Source: Sphagnum compactum (lineage: Eukaryota). From it: DNA of 64,000 nt. Below are positions 1 to 12,699 of this stretch, piece by piece. The stretch is from assembly GCA_965153455.1 (NCBI GenBank), contig OZ234494.1, positions 1,550,001 to 1,614,000 on the forward strand. Reading direction: 5' to 3'. Position 1 is the first letter of the stretch; each line of letters starts with the position of its first letter. Both the position numbers and the translations under genes were made by a program. A model generated the notes under the pieces. It did not search any database. It had not been told where the DNA came from and saw only the letters and a program-made list of their open reading frames with translations.

Positions 1-1288
1 TTTCCATTGGTATTAGAATGAGATTCTTAAAGCTTGGCTAGTAGCCTACACAAGTCATTTTGATGCTTCTAGTTAGTATGTCTTAGGAATTTTAAAGTTT
101 CTTCATTGATATTTCTCTAAAGTTTTAATTTTTTTAAAGGTATTTTCCTCTCATTTTTATTGTTCTATATATACAAGTGGATCCACTTATGTTCTATGTC
201 CACTCAATGGATCTTTAAATGATTAATTTGATAAATCATTTAGAATTTCAACCTAGTCTAAAGACTATAAACCCTCTTAATATGAGATATAATAACATTC
301 ATTTACACAAATTTTTAACATTATTATTATTTGTAAGGGTTGAGGTCCCAACATGAAAACACATTACATGTATTCTAGGTGAAAGGATGTAACTCCACAT
401 CTTCCAAGTGCTAGGCTTCAATTTTCCCTATTGCATTTGCCTTTTGGACCACATTTATTTAGATGTCCATTATTTACAATGATGCCCCATGGGTGAAAAC
501 ATGGTAAAGTGTACACAAAAAATAGTGTAAGCAACAAAATATTGGGGTCTCTAAATAAAAAGACTAACAAGTAAATGATTTTATGGGGATAAAAATATTA
601 TTTTTGGGTACATTCTTTTTTAACTATTGTTTGCATGGACTTCAAAAGTTAAATTGTTATAATCATGTTTTTTAAAACTATTTGCAAATAGTTGAATTGG
701 ACCTAAAATTTGTGATAGTTTGAAAAATAAAGTTCAAATACTTGAAAGTAAGTGAAATGTTTTTGCAAGTATTTGGTTTTTTTTTTCAAACACCTCAATA
801 TTGATGTGGTGAACATTTGAATATTATTTTTTTGGTTAATGAAATTTGTTTTCATAACTAAAATAATCCCCAACCCCTAAAAATGATGTAATTGTTGGGC
901 ATATTTTCGGGGTATTTTTTCAAATCCAAATGGTATGACACAAATTGCTTTGAAAAACTAAAAAAATGCTAAAGATGCCCATGAAAAAAACTAAAAGTTT
1001 CATTTGTTTTGAAGTGTTAAAGGAAGGTTAGAAATGTATGTGATGACAAAATGTATATTTTTTTATTAGGAAAAAAATTAGATCTCGATTCATCATGTTC
1101 ATTCATTGATGGTAAGAACAAAATTACGTCTAACTTGCAACAATTATGTACTTAATGCCTACTCACTACTCACATTTGCAACATTTTATTTCCTCATAAT
1201 TGGGCTCAAATGGGCATTTGACATTGGATAAACCATCAAACATAACTTCAATCTAGCTAAATATTACAAATGACAGAAGTCCAAGACT

Positions 1289-1376
1289 TTAAAATCCAGG
1301 GGCAAATCCAACCACAAGTGAACACAATCAATTGAACTTAAAATCCAGGGACAAATCCAACCACAAATGAAAACAT
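1289..1376. repeat. 49-bp-period tandem duplication
   Basis: TTAAAATCCAGGG(G/A)CAAATCCAACCACAA at 1289 and 1338. Confidence 0.85.
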
Positions 1377-1789
1377 GACTTGAAGAATAAAACAAAATTG
1401 ACTTCCTAAAACAATGCACATGCCCAAAAACATTTGTAGAAGGACAACAAATGTAGCATATGAATGACATAATTCACAAAAGGTTTCAAGTTTCATCTAA
1501 ACACATATGACTCCAAAACAAAATTAATATAAAAGACCATGCAACTTCCATCCCTAATTAATGAACCCACATTGAAGACCATTAGGCCATTCCTGGGTTC
1601 ACCCCATTTCATCACAAGAAATTAAGTAGCAAATGTGAACTAGGGAATACCTATGCTACAACATAAAGTGAGTCTTCAATCTTGATTACTTCCAATGCTG
1701 CAAATGCACCAAGAAACAAACACAATTATTTTTTTTCTTCAACAAGAAAAATGTTAACAAAATAAACACAAATTGAGGATGAGAAAAAA

Positions 1790-3237
1790 ACCTGAATTTG
1801 AAATCAAAAGAAATCAAAGTTTGAATCTTCTTCTAAGAAGTTTTGTTCTTCAATCAATTCGTTGTGCTCTTCAATCATAGCATAATCATTTTCCAAAACT
1901 TAAACCATGGTTTTAAGCTTCAAAGGTTCATCACACTTAACACGAGTGTCATTAGGCCAATTCTTGATGATGAAAATGAATCGATTTGAATCTCAATGCC
2001 TAGCCTAGATCGCCTCAAGTTAATGATGACACCTTCAACACTGAAATCCACTCTATTTGAATATGTGATCCCACAATGCCAAGTACTTGACGAATGAGGA
2101 ATGAGACATAGGGAAATTGGACAACATGTTTTGCCCACCAAATTAAAAGGTTTTCAATTTCAACAATTGCATAGCCAATTGTTGATATAATTGTAACTTG
2201 TTGTTTAAGGTGGATATGATTGCATCGTCATTTGATACAATCTACCCAAAAAATAAGTCATCATCTCCAATCATTGTCGATTGATCTACCATTGCTGCCA
2301 TAACAGGGTTCAAATGAAAGAACACCTGTAATAAAAAAGGGCACATAATATTAATGTCATAATCTGTCACAATTTGAATGGCATGTGCATTGCCCACAAA
2401 ATCCCATATAACTTCAATCTTTTTCAAGTGGAGGTCCAACATGATAGTCAACATGTTATGGGTTTTGGCTTGATTGTAAGCTAAAACAAATGCCAATAAT
2501 GGGGATAAAATATTTATGACTTGTGTCATCATCCTTAACTTAAATTCTTGCAACTTTGAATCAAAGTCCTCACGAATCAACGGCTAATTTAAAGCTTAGG
2601 CCTTAATTACATTAACTTTCATGGCAATGCATAAGGTGAAGGCAATGATGTGCATCTAACAACAACCAATAGCCAACACTTTGATTCAAAACACAAAATT
2701 TCACAACAGGAAGGAGCGTGTCTGTAATGGTTTGAATAATAGCCCAAGTTTGAAATACTAACACTTTACAAAATAAATGAGTAGCTTGTTGCCGTCCATA
2801 ATAAATGGAAATAACATTTTAATACTCCAATGTTTCTTGGAATAGGATCACTTGAGAAGCAAACCTTGTCTTCACCAAAGTTCTCAACATCTTGGTAGGC
2901 AAGCCTGCAACAATACAAGATTCTTTCCATTCTTGTCACCCCTTCAAATTAAAAAATTCATTTCTTTCAAGTAGTTGCCTTGTGATTGCAATAACCATTT
3001 TTTTTTGACAATCTAATCCCTAAACCCTAATCGTTACCCGAACTGCCCCTTTAACATAAACCCTAGTACCCGAGAACCCTTCACATTTAAAAATAAAACA
3101 TTGACCTTAACTGGAGATTCTGAATTTTTTTTAAAAAAAAAATCAAAACCTTACTCGGAGGTTCTTCCAAAAAAATAATAATAAGAGGGAACTGACCCTG
3201 GGGGTTCTCCAAAAAATAGAGAACCGCCCAACAGTGG
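1790..3237 (-). mobile_element. Degenerate hAT-superfamily DNA transposon remnant (3' part of transposase plus subterminal region)
   Basis: Broken ORFs with AKTHNMLTIMLDLHLK and FSVEGVIINLRRSRLGIE (hAT C-terminal dimerisation-like), homologous to the 27-29 kb copy. GAGAACCGCCCAACAGTG at ~3220-3237 resembles the inverted CAGTGTTGG end at 26699. Boundaries approximate. Confidence 0.7.
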
Positions 3238-4339
3238 TTACTACCTAGGTACCACCTCTAACCTTACAGGGCTCAATGCATTCCTAGGTGGAATGGACCC
3301 AGTAGCGCCATTCCAAAGTACCAAAAGGTCCATTCCGACCTATTCAGCAAGTGTTCAGACCTTCTTTGAAGCGGCTGCCATTCTGCAGAGAATTTTGTTT
3401 TTCATAATGCCCCCCTCCTGTTTCGCGTCAGTTTCTCCACTGAATTTCTTATTATAATGGTTCTGGTTCCACATGTAAACGAAACCGGAAATCTGGTTTT
3501 AGATTGGGTTCTTCAAAATAATAAAAGATTTCTGTTTTTGGTTCTGGCTCTGAAAATTAGACCCGTCCCAGGTAACCCAAAATGGAATCGATGATTAACT
3601 TTTGGTTGACCTCAGGTTAACCCTTAGTTCTAGTGTTTTTTTTGTTTTCAAAAACTTCTTTTTTTTTGAAAGATATCAGTTCCAGTTCCACACATGAATA
3701 GAACTGGGAACGCTGTTCGAGGTCCAGTTCCAGAATTAAATTAATTTTAGGCCATGGGAGCATTCATCATCTCAAAATAGGAGTAGTTTTGGTTGCAAAC
3801 ACATAAGTTTTTGTTACTTTGGGTTCAACTAAATTCCAGCAATTATTTTGGTGTCTTTCTATAAGGGTTTTTCCTATGTGTGGATAGGTGAACAATTGCT
3901 GGTTCTGCTTTCATTCTGCCAGGTCTACTTGGGATGTGAGTCATGGATGAGCATGTCAGCTATGCTTCAGATTAGTTTTGCCCCAGTCAACCCAGTTAGA
4001 ACCCTACCTGGCCCTTTGCATAGTACTAAGTACATACTACACACTCAAAATTAAATTGTGATAAAATTTTAAGTTACAGCTATGAAAAGGCAAAAGGGGA
4101 AATGAATGCGAGTATCCTATTTTAAGTCATCCCTACAAGAACAAGTGTAGAATAATACAAATGAACTTTCACAAAATTAATAGACAATAGAGTTATCCGT
4201 AAAGTCAGGAAAAGACTGCACCAGTACACTGAGTTTGGTCATAAACAGGGTGAGACTCAAAAAAAACCTTCAAAAGAGGACATTAGCGTTGAAGGGGAGG
4301 TGAAACTCAGAAAACCATGAATTTTGATGGTTTTCTTGA

Positions 4340-4556
4340 GTTTCACCCTGTCTTTCTTTTTGCCTGAGCGCCTCCACTGCTCCTACATATATTTTCACTG
4401 CTCTTACCTGTACAGCTATTATGATTCCTCTCGAACCTAGTGCATTAAATGCTGAGTTTCAGCATTTCGTATCCAGTTTTAGTAAAAATTCATTACTTTA
4501 CTCATAGCACTGAAAGATGGATAGCACCGAAAGAGGGGTTAGGGGGTGAAAGGAGG
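4340..4556 (+). repeat. Dispersed repeat (MITE-like), copy 1
   Basis: Aligns by eye with 31750-31931 (CCTGAGCGC...CATATATTTTCA.TGCTC.TACCTGTACA...CTCTCGAACCT.GTGCAT...GAAAGAGGGG...GGGGGTGAAAG). Confidence 0.8.
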
Positions 4557-6287
4557 CCCAAAGACAGGGTGAAGAGAGGGTGAATTTTGGGATTTCTTGG
4601 ATATGATTTGGAAATCTGTTTACAATTTCAACAACTTTTCCATCGGAATTTCTCAAATATTTCAACGTCTCATTTTTTAATTAATTTATGTCGAATCTGA
4701 CAAGAATGTAGGGTAACACCCCCGACACTGGTTACAACTTACAAGAAGGAAACATAAGTTTTGAAGATCTTGGTGTGTTCTTCCACTGAATTGATAATCC
4801 TCCTGGCCTTTATTCATGGTGTTACAGGATAGACGAAAATTGCAGCTGTCCATCCACCAATTCTCTGTGCCCATCATCACTTCACAAGATCCATAAACAA
4901 GCTACCTATTAGGCTGTGACTAGTGTTCTCCCTAATTCTCTGGAATAAAGAGTCACTTTCTCCACTATAGAGATGATGGATGATGATGTGAGCCACGCTT
5001 GGGTGCAATCTCCACATGTCCACCACATCTCTGCCCCCACGCACGTAGGTATACACTATACACAACTAGGGAAATTGTTGGAGAAGCTGCCAACCCGCAC
5101 TACAGCTTTCACTGCTATCCACTCTACAGTGTTATCCCCAACTGTGGCATGTCAAAGAAGGAGTTGGGAGTCTTGCTCTGCAATATGGAGACAATCACAT
5201 TTACATGAAGTGTTGATTTACGTTGTCCTCAAATAAAAAGCCTTTTTCGTGCAGAGAAGCTGGCAGTTAGATTGCAACCAATGTTTTCTGCTTTCTGCAG
5301 AAATGGCTAAGACTGCTAGTAATATCTAAATCTTTAGCAGTTCATCATCGTTCTTCATAACACCTGCATAACAACAGTTTAAGAACTTCCTGAAAGTAGC
5401 TGTGCATTTGGTGCGGGGTTCATTTGTGGCCAGTGAAGTGCAACCCTAAAAATCAGACTGCACAAGCAGTAAGTGTGCAAAATCTGACAAAGCATGAATT
5501 AGCATCAGCTTGTGGTAAAATGATAAGCAAAATCACACCTCTTGCACTGATTGCCCTGGACATGGTGGAGAAGGGGTACTGGCAAGGTTGTGTTGGTTGC
5601 AGAAAATCCCCGCATGGCACATGGACAGACAATACTGTGCACTGACATTTTGTGAGATATTTGCAGAGAAACCATGATTCACATGATGTGATTAAACTGC
5701 CTTGTTGGGTTGAAAAACAGTCACGACTGAAACTCATTGCCTAAAACAATTAAGTTACCTTTGGCATCCCACATCCAGAAGCTCACAGTAATTACTTTGA
5801 TGCTCTTATTGTCTGTGCCCAAAAACCACAGCATTGAATGAACAAGCATCTTACTCATGCACCAAGTCTTGCACAAGAAAAGAGATAGACATTCAGAAGA
5901 CCCACAAAAAGTGTACATGGAATTTGATATTTCACCAAATCTTTATGCATTCTTTGAATTTATACATTGAGGCAACACCTCAGTTGCACATAGGGATCAG
6001 TAAGAAAGAGGCAATGCATGTAACCTTGCAGCTTAATATTTGAGTTGTCTTATTACAGATACTGGAAATGCGTATGCTTTTTGCAATCACAATTGAGCAG
6101 TCCCTAGTACAAACTGGAACAAATGCTCACATTAACAGACAGGAGTCCTAAGAAGAAGATGACAGAGAACTCATAGTTGACTGGCTCTTTACACAAGAAA
6201 AATCCTAATCTTCTCGGTACAGAAGATCATCTCCAAAGCAGTGGAAAGGGTTGGATACATAACTCACCGAGTCCAGAGTGAATGTTC

Positions 6288-8260
6288 TTAGATTACACCA
6301 GTAGATTTCAGGATAGGCAAGACAATGACGAGAATAAGGATAATAAGCAAGATGATGGCACACAATGTCCATTTCCGAGCATTTCTTTGATGTCTTTTGG
6401 CAATCGTCAGTTGAGTGGTCCCACTTTCAACGTAATTAGCAGCACTGTTGACCTGTGCTTCAATATTGTTCAATTGCTCACCCTGGGCCTCAACCAGCAC
6501 TGCCATGTCCATGAAGATCTGGTGAAGCTCTAGCAAACTCTTCTCAATTTCCTTAACTGAGTCATGCCTTTCCTGAATCTCTCTGATTGTTTCAATGATC
6601 TGCCCACGCCCTTGTTCCTGGATAGCCTTTTGCAAGAAAGTCTCACTCTCTCCAGTCTCAATTATGTGGTCTATTGTCTCCTCATCTGCTTGTTTACCAG
6701 TGACAGTATAGTACCTGTGACATGACACAATGGATGCACTACTTAATGAATCTGGCAGTCAAACTACTCAGGCAAGCATTTCTATGCGATTGCTTCACAA
6801 TTGCCACATCAGGGAAGCAAATAGACCCAAGAGTGCGTGTAGTAAAGAAAATTCTGTAATCTAAAAGAGCATTTTCATGAACAATTCTGGGTCATGACGT
6901 GCACACATGATCCAGCTACATGTAATGGCCTGTCAGAGATTTCCCAGTGTGTTGGGAGAGTGCCTAAAATCCATAACATTCCCTCCTGACATGGGAGGTT
7001 ATCTTCCGTTTCTGAGTGGGCTCTTACACATTTTGTAAGGGCCCACCGTTTTTTTTCTTAGTGTGTGTGATAGGTCATTATGCACGGTAGGGCCCTTGGA
7101 CGGGGGTGTTACCAGAATTCAGCGCTGCCCTTGGCCTCAAGCAGGTGCCTTATGCTGGTAAGGCCCCCGGATTACCTACCACGTAATGACCTATCAGAGA
7201 TTTCCCGGTGTATGGGAGGGCGCCTTAAATCCCTAAGAGATTCCCTCCAGACACGGAAGATCATCTCTTCCACATTTCCCAAGGGCCCGCAGTTTTTTCC
7301 CGTGCATGTGCAGGTCATTACGCATGGTAAGACCCTTGGATGAGGGCCTTACGAGAATTTGGTGCCGCCCTCGGACGGGGGACGTGACCAGAATTCAGCG
7401 CTGCCCTCGACTGCCGCCTCAAGCAGGCACCTGATTTTGGTCCATGGTCCTTACCTACCACTTTCAAACCCTGATTGAACCTTGTTCACAGGATTTTTCT
7501 CTTTCTGAACATCTTCAAGATGTGGAGAGCCGATCAAACTGGCCTGGAGGTAAACCGAATGACGCTCGGGGAGAGGAATTGACAGTCAGGTAATCTCCAC
7601 AATTATCAGAGGCTTGCAACGGAAGTTCAGGGACATTGAGACGGCCATAATGAGGGAGAAATTTTGCATGGGAGACGAAAGGAGGGAATCCATGGCACAA
7701 TTGGAATTGGTGAAAATGAATTTCGTCCACAGCAAAAAGGAGGGAGTTCTGGTGATGGCAAACCTGCGCTCAATGGTTTCCTTGTACTCTCCCATCATCC
7801 TTTCTCGCAGTGCTTGGAATTCTCCCATCAGATCCTTCAGCTTCTTCCGCTGATTGTTTGTAATAGTGGTGCGAGTGCGGTCCGTCGGCGTTCCCTCCTC
7901 ACATCCTTTCACACGCCGGCTTGCGATGTTGCCATTGTCAAGCTGTTCAAGCTCGCCTTTGATTGTCCGCGCAATCTTCGTCACTTGCGCAATATCAGCA
8001 TCCATGCGGTCCCGCAGAGCTTTCATCGCCTGCGCCCGGTGTACACCCTTGCTCTCCTCATTCGCTTCTTGGAGCTTCGCGAGCAATTCTCTGATGCTCT
8101 CCATCTGCGTCTTGATCTTCTCAATATCGGCAAAGAACCGCGTCAAGTCTTTATCTCCTCCCACGCTTGTCATCTGCACACTAGGCCCCGTCTCCAAATC
8201 GTCATCATAGGGACTCCCCGCCTTCCTGGCCGACGAAGTCTCCGACAATAGATCATTCAT
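6288..8260 (-). CDS. SYP12: Plasma-membrane Qa-SNARE syntaxin, SYP1 group (SYP12-like), 2 exons: 8260-7764 and 6714-6288; 307 aa
   Basis: Exon 1 runs [10 protein letters not shown]...KETIER and exon 2 runs (R)[15 protein letters not shown]...[39 protein letters not shown]...[22 protein letters not shown]. This gives Habc, SNARE motif and C-terminal TM anchor. GT-AG intron 7763-6715 joins in frame (497+427=924 nt). A single coding intron fits SYP12 better than the multi-intron SYP13. Confidence 0.93.
6922..7461. repeat. Diverged tandem duplication (261 + 279 bp units), GC-rich and self-complementary, inside the syntaxin intron
   Basis: Both units begin GTAATG.CCT.TCAGAGATTTCCC.GTGT, share ACCAGAATTCAGCGCTGCCCT and GCCTCAAGCAGG, and end TTACCTACCAC (7182, 7461). 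Confidence 0.88.
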
Positions 8261-11200
8261 GGCGCCACACCGCACGTAGCCAAACAAGAAGAAGAACGAG
8301 AACAAGAAAAAGAAGGAAAAAAACGAGAAAAATTCCCCTGAAGAAACTCCAGAGAGAACGGAGTCAAGTTCTCTTCAAAGAGCTAAACACGCGCGCCAGA
8401 ACCTCAACGCAAGCTCGTGAGGGTTTTAGTTCGCTTCCTGTGTATCATCCATAACCTCCTGAACGCAAACAGCAGAAAAACTCCTCCGCTTTCTTGCAAA
8501 TTCCAGCCTGCTCTGCAAGTATAGGGGCGATGCCTGACACGGCTTACGCACACCTGGAATTTTCCCGAGCAAGATTCAAGCTCTCGCTTGCAGCTCGCTC
8601 CCACAACAAGCAGAGCGGAAGAGAAAAACGCGCAGGGCGGGGAAGCGCGTCCCGAGTGGGAAAGAAGGTCGCCGTTGTGTCGTCGTGTCTCGTGCACTTC
8701 ACTTTCGCCCTGGGTTAGACCTCGAGTTAGATATCGGAAAGAAAAAGAGAAAGAAAATACAGAAAAGAAGGAAAAGCAAATTAAAAAGGGAGAAAAAAGA
8801 GACTTTCGAATATCAGGGGTTTTCTTTTTCCACCTTGACGAAATTTCCAACAAAATAGAAGAATCAGTCGAATTTATACTAAAAAAAGAAAACATTCCAA
8901 GTCAGGTTTTTCTTTTTCTTTTCAATTCTGTGATATAAAAATTTGGCGAAAATTTCCAACAAAATAGCAAAAATAATTAAATTTACACTAGAAACACAAA
9001 AGTTTCCCCCAATTATTTTGGTCGAAAAAAGCATTTTGGAAAAAATACACTTCTTTCTATTGATATGTTTTAGTCAATAAACAAATAATTTGTCAATTAA
9101 TAAGTGTGATTGGGGAAAGTGGCTCTTTCTTCACTCTATAAAGATTATAGCCCTCCCATTTGGGTTCATATTTCTAGTATTTTTAAAGAACAAAACGGAT
9201 AGCATAAGTTGGTTAAAAAATAGCCCTATATATATGTATATATATTTATATTCATATATCAACACACACTATTGTGTACTGAAAAGAAAAATGAAATTAT
9301 TTCATTGAAATATCCAACTTATGAAATTGAAACACTATATTAATTTTCCTTGTTGAATTTTTCAAAAGCAGCAATCCCTCTGTCTCTCAAGCTTAAAGGA
9401 TGGATGGATGACTTTTCAGCCTCCCTTGTTGACTTTTAAAGCCAACTCTGGCTGGCCGCTGAGGGGGTGAGAAACATCCTTTTGGTGTTTTTTTTCAAGT
9501 AATCCTTGTTGATTGCACTCTTCTGGTTTCACTAGTCTCACTGACTGCTTGTTTCACAATAATAACAATATATTTTATTGGCCTTGCCTACCAAGGCAAA
9601 GGATATTGTGTTTAGATTCACTCTATAGAGTCTAGTAGCTTAAGGGGATTTTGGCCCCTAGGTAAATAATAGGTCTATTTTTGTATGAGGATTTTTGAAA
9701 GGTGATAATTTTGGCTTGTGTTGATACTTGAGATTAGTTATGGAGTTATAATATCTTGAAGGATTTTGGTTTCTTATAGAGGATTTTTTTGGCAGATTAT
9801 ATTTTTGCATGGTGAAATTATATTTGAGTTTCCATAATTCTTCTTTTGCCTTAAGATAATTTTTAATGTATATGGCAAGGCCACAATGTGACACACCCCT
9901 TGTTTTATTTTATTATTATTTTATGGATAATAAAAAAATTGAGGTAGTAGTACCTATCAAATTGGATGCATGGTAGTCAAACCCCTTACCACAATGGTGT
10001 AGGTCAAAACTCAAAAGCATGGCATCAACATGAGAGTGGGGGGGGGACACCCATTGACACAAAATATCATGATTCTAGATGATAACCTTTAGATTGCCCT
10101 TTCAAGCCATCAAAAAACCTGTCAAATTTCCTTTAGCTTATTTTCTGTCCTTAGAGAATCCCCACCAGTATGTGACCCTGCAAAAAACAAATTCACATCC
10201 CCACCCATAGAAGTGAAATAGGGACTGCATATAGGTGGGAACTACTAATAGCAAACCACCTCTACCAATCATTATGATTGGCCAATCCTCACTCAAGAGA
10301 GAATTTGCTGGGTTTTAAATGATGATAAATATGATCTGACTGCTGCTCAGTAGGATTTTCTACCATTAGCCTACTCATGGGAACTGAGTAGAGTCAATGC
10401 AATGCTTTGTTGAAGCTAAAACTCGGCTAGTAGTGGTCAAACCCTACAACAGAGTCACACACTTCTACACAGGACATTGCACCAACACTGGGTCAGTGGT
10501 TGTTTGGGGGTGAAATTTTGAGCGTCTACCCATTTTAAGTGGCTGGACATGGAAACTACTCGTAATGGATTTCTAGTAGTGACAAGAATGATGTAAACCT
10601 TCTAGACAACAGACTATGGACAAATCTAGGCGTTTACACCATATGGTCAATGGGAAAGCTGAGAGATGGAAAAGTCGATTCAGGGAGATAAATAAGGGTC
10701 TCTTTCCATTGGGCTACAGTTATCACAGTTACATACATAATGTAGTGATGAAGCCCTGACAAACTTAATTAAACAAAGCACTCGCACCCAACAAAGGGGG
10801 AAAGCAAAAACAAAGAGAGAGAGAGAGAGGACCCAAGTCGGAGGCAGAAGCACAAAAATCCATGGGAGGGTCACAAAAGAGGCAAAGGAACAACAAATTA
10901 TCCGTTTCAGAGCCCTCACCAGTCTAAAGAAACATATCAGAGAAGAAAAGGGAAGGAAACCTGAAAGCACAAGACTATAGTTGTGATCGGAGCAGGCTAT
11001 GGAAAGCCATTGGCATGGGCCATATTACAACAGTTGCTTTCTGTTGCATCGCTGCAATGGGCTAAATATTTATAATTAATGAATACTAATAGATTGGCAG
11101 TCCAGCTACTTTCTAGGAACCTTTGAGTTAGACATGGATTTCAAATTTGTTTTTGAAGTGACAAAATGTCACTTTACGGTGAGTCACAACAAGTGCATTT

Positions 11201-12699
11201 GGTCAATTCAGAGTCATGAGATGACTATGAGCTCGGTGAGATGAAAAATGTAATGGGATGACAAAAAAATTCATACCAGCCCCCTAATGGAAAGATGTAC
11301 TAAGCAGTAAAATGTTGTCCACTATTTTGGAACCCCTATTACTTCCCATAAACCATAAATAATATGTCTTTTTGTTCAAACTCAATTTCAAGTAGAAAGT
11401 TTGATATAAAATTGGATACATTAAAAAAAGTTGAATAAAACTTTGTTCAACCAGGCACCTTGACTTTTGCAGCATTGAACATGGTGTTGCATTTAAACCC
11501 ATTGCACTTGTTTACCATATCCAATACACAATACATTGGCCTCAGTCTTTTTCTTATTGGCAAAATCTTGTGAAAAGGTGAAATTAAATTTTGTTTTTTT
11601 TGAAAATGGGGTCTCAATTGCAAGAAGCATGGGAAGAACAAAGTTGTCAAATTGCTATATTTAAATCCAGTAATTTACTGGAAATATAGAAGGATGATTA
11701 CAAATTTGTGCTTCGTATCCGGCATATAGCCAAATTTGGCTAAATCTTCCTAGGAAGGATGGTCCCTTTCTCTACACCTTCCAAGTTCCTATGGACCATT
11801 GCTACATAGGCTGCATTAAAAAATTCCTTAAAAAGAAACATTAATTTGGCCTATGGATCTATCCCTCTTTTAAGGATATGAACTTCAATAGGTACAAGTA
11901 TTGCACATTAATGGTGAACTAATGGGTAATACAAATATATGTAGGATCAAGGTCATTCTCGAGCATTTAACTAACTGCCTTGGTGCATTTTATTTTTCAA
12001 GGTTAAGGGGAGGTATCAGTTGGAATAGATATTTGTATTTTTTTTGAGATCTGTTGGATACGTGTGGTCACAAAATTAAATTAGTCCATATTTGTTTTGG
12101 ATAGCATTTGGGCACTTATTGACCAATGACAACTACTTTTTCTTTTTTTTTTTCCAACAAAGTTTTTACATGTAAAATTAGACGACCTGTTTAAATTTTT
12201 GTTTAAAAGACAATGTTTAAGATCTAAAGCATATTGGTATGGCCAAAAGTGTAGGTGTCAATGTCAATAGAAGGGTTGATAGTAACACATATGAAAAAAA
12301 AATCATGTGGGAAATTGAGTGAGATTAGAATCTCTACTTTGATCTATTTGTGGTTGAGAGATTGACTAGAATCAATCTAATCCTCGCACTAAGACCACAT
12401 TAAAGAGGGTAGGTGTTAAGTTAAGAATTGGATGATGGTTAATTCTATGTTGCTAATCGGATTCAATATGTTATTTCAATCTAGTTGTGGTAGCTAGCCA
12501 TCAATTTAGGGTTCTAACTTCAATATTTTTATTTCTTGATTTAACTTTTAATCTTTTAGTAATTGCTAGAAATCTTTTTCAAACTCAAGTTCATTTTGGC
12601 TAGTTTTTAGGTTTAGTTAGTTTTCTTCATGGAGGCTTTGATACATAAACAAATGCTTCAAAATGGATGTGTGGCTTTTTCGCCCCCAACATTGTTGAC

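Noticed and set aside
1-520. Possible gypsy integrase or chromodomain remnant on the minus strand
   Set aside because: Only weak motif resemblance (NVFSCWDLNPY), not enough to call.
7461-7495. AAACCCTGA and GAACC motifs reminiscent of a telomerase RNA template or TPP riboswitch
   Set aside because: The remaining conserved elements of either RNA are absent.
7614-8251. Plus-strand ORFs of 79-195 aa
   Set aside because: They are antisense shadows of the GC-rich syntaxin exon 1.
8404-8938. ORFs of 116-163 aa upstream of syntaxin
   Set aside because: Low-complexity F/S- or K/E-rich translation of promoter and 5' UTR sequence, with no recognisable domain.
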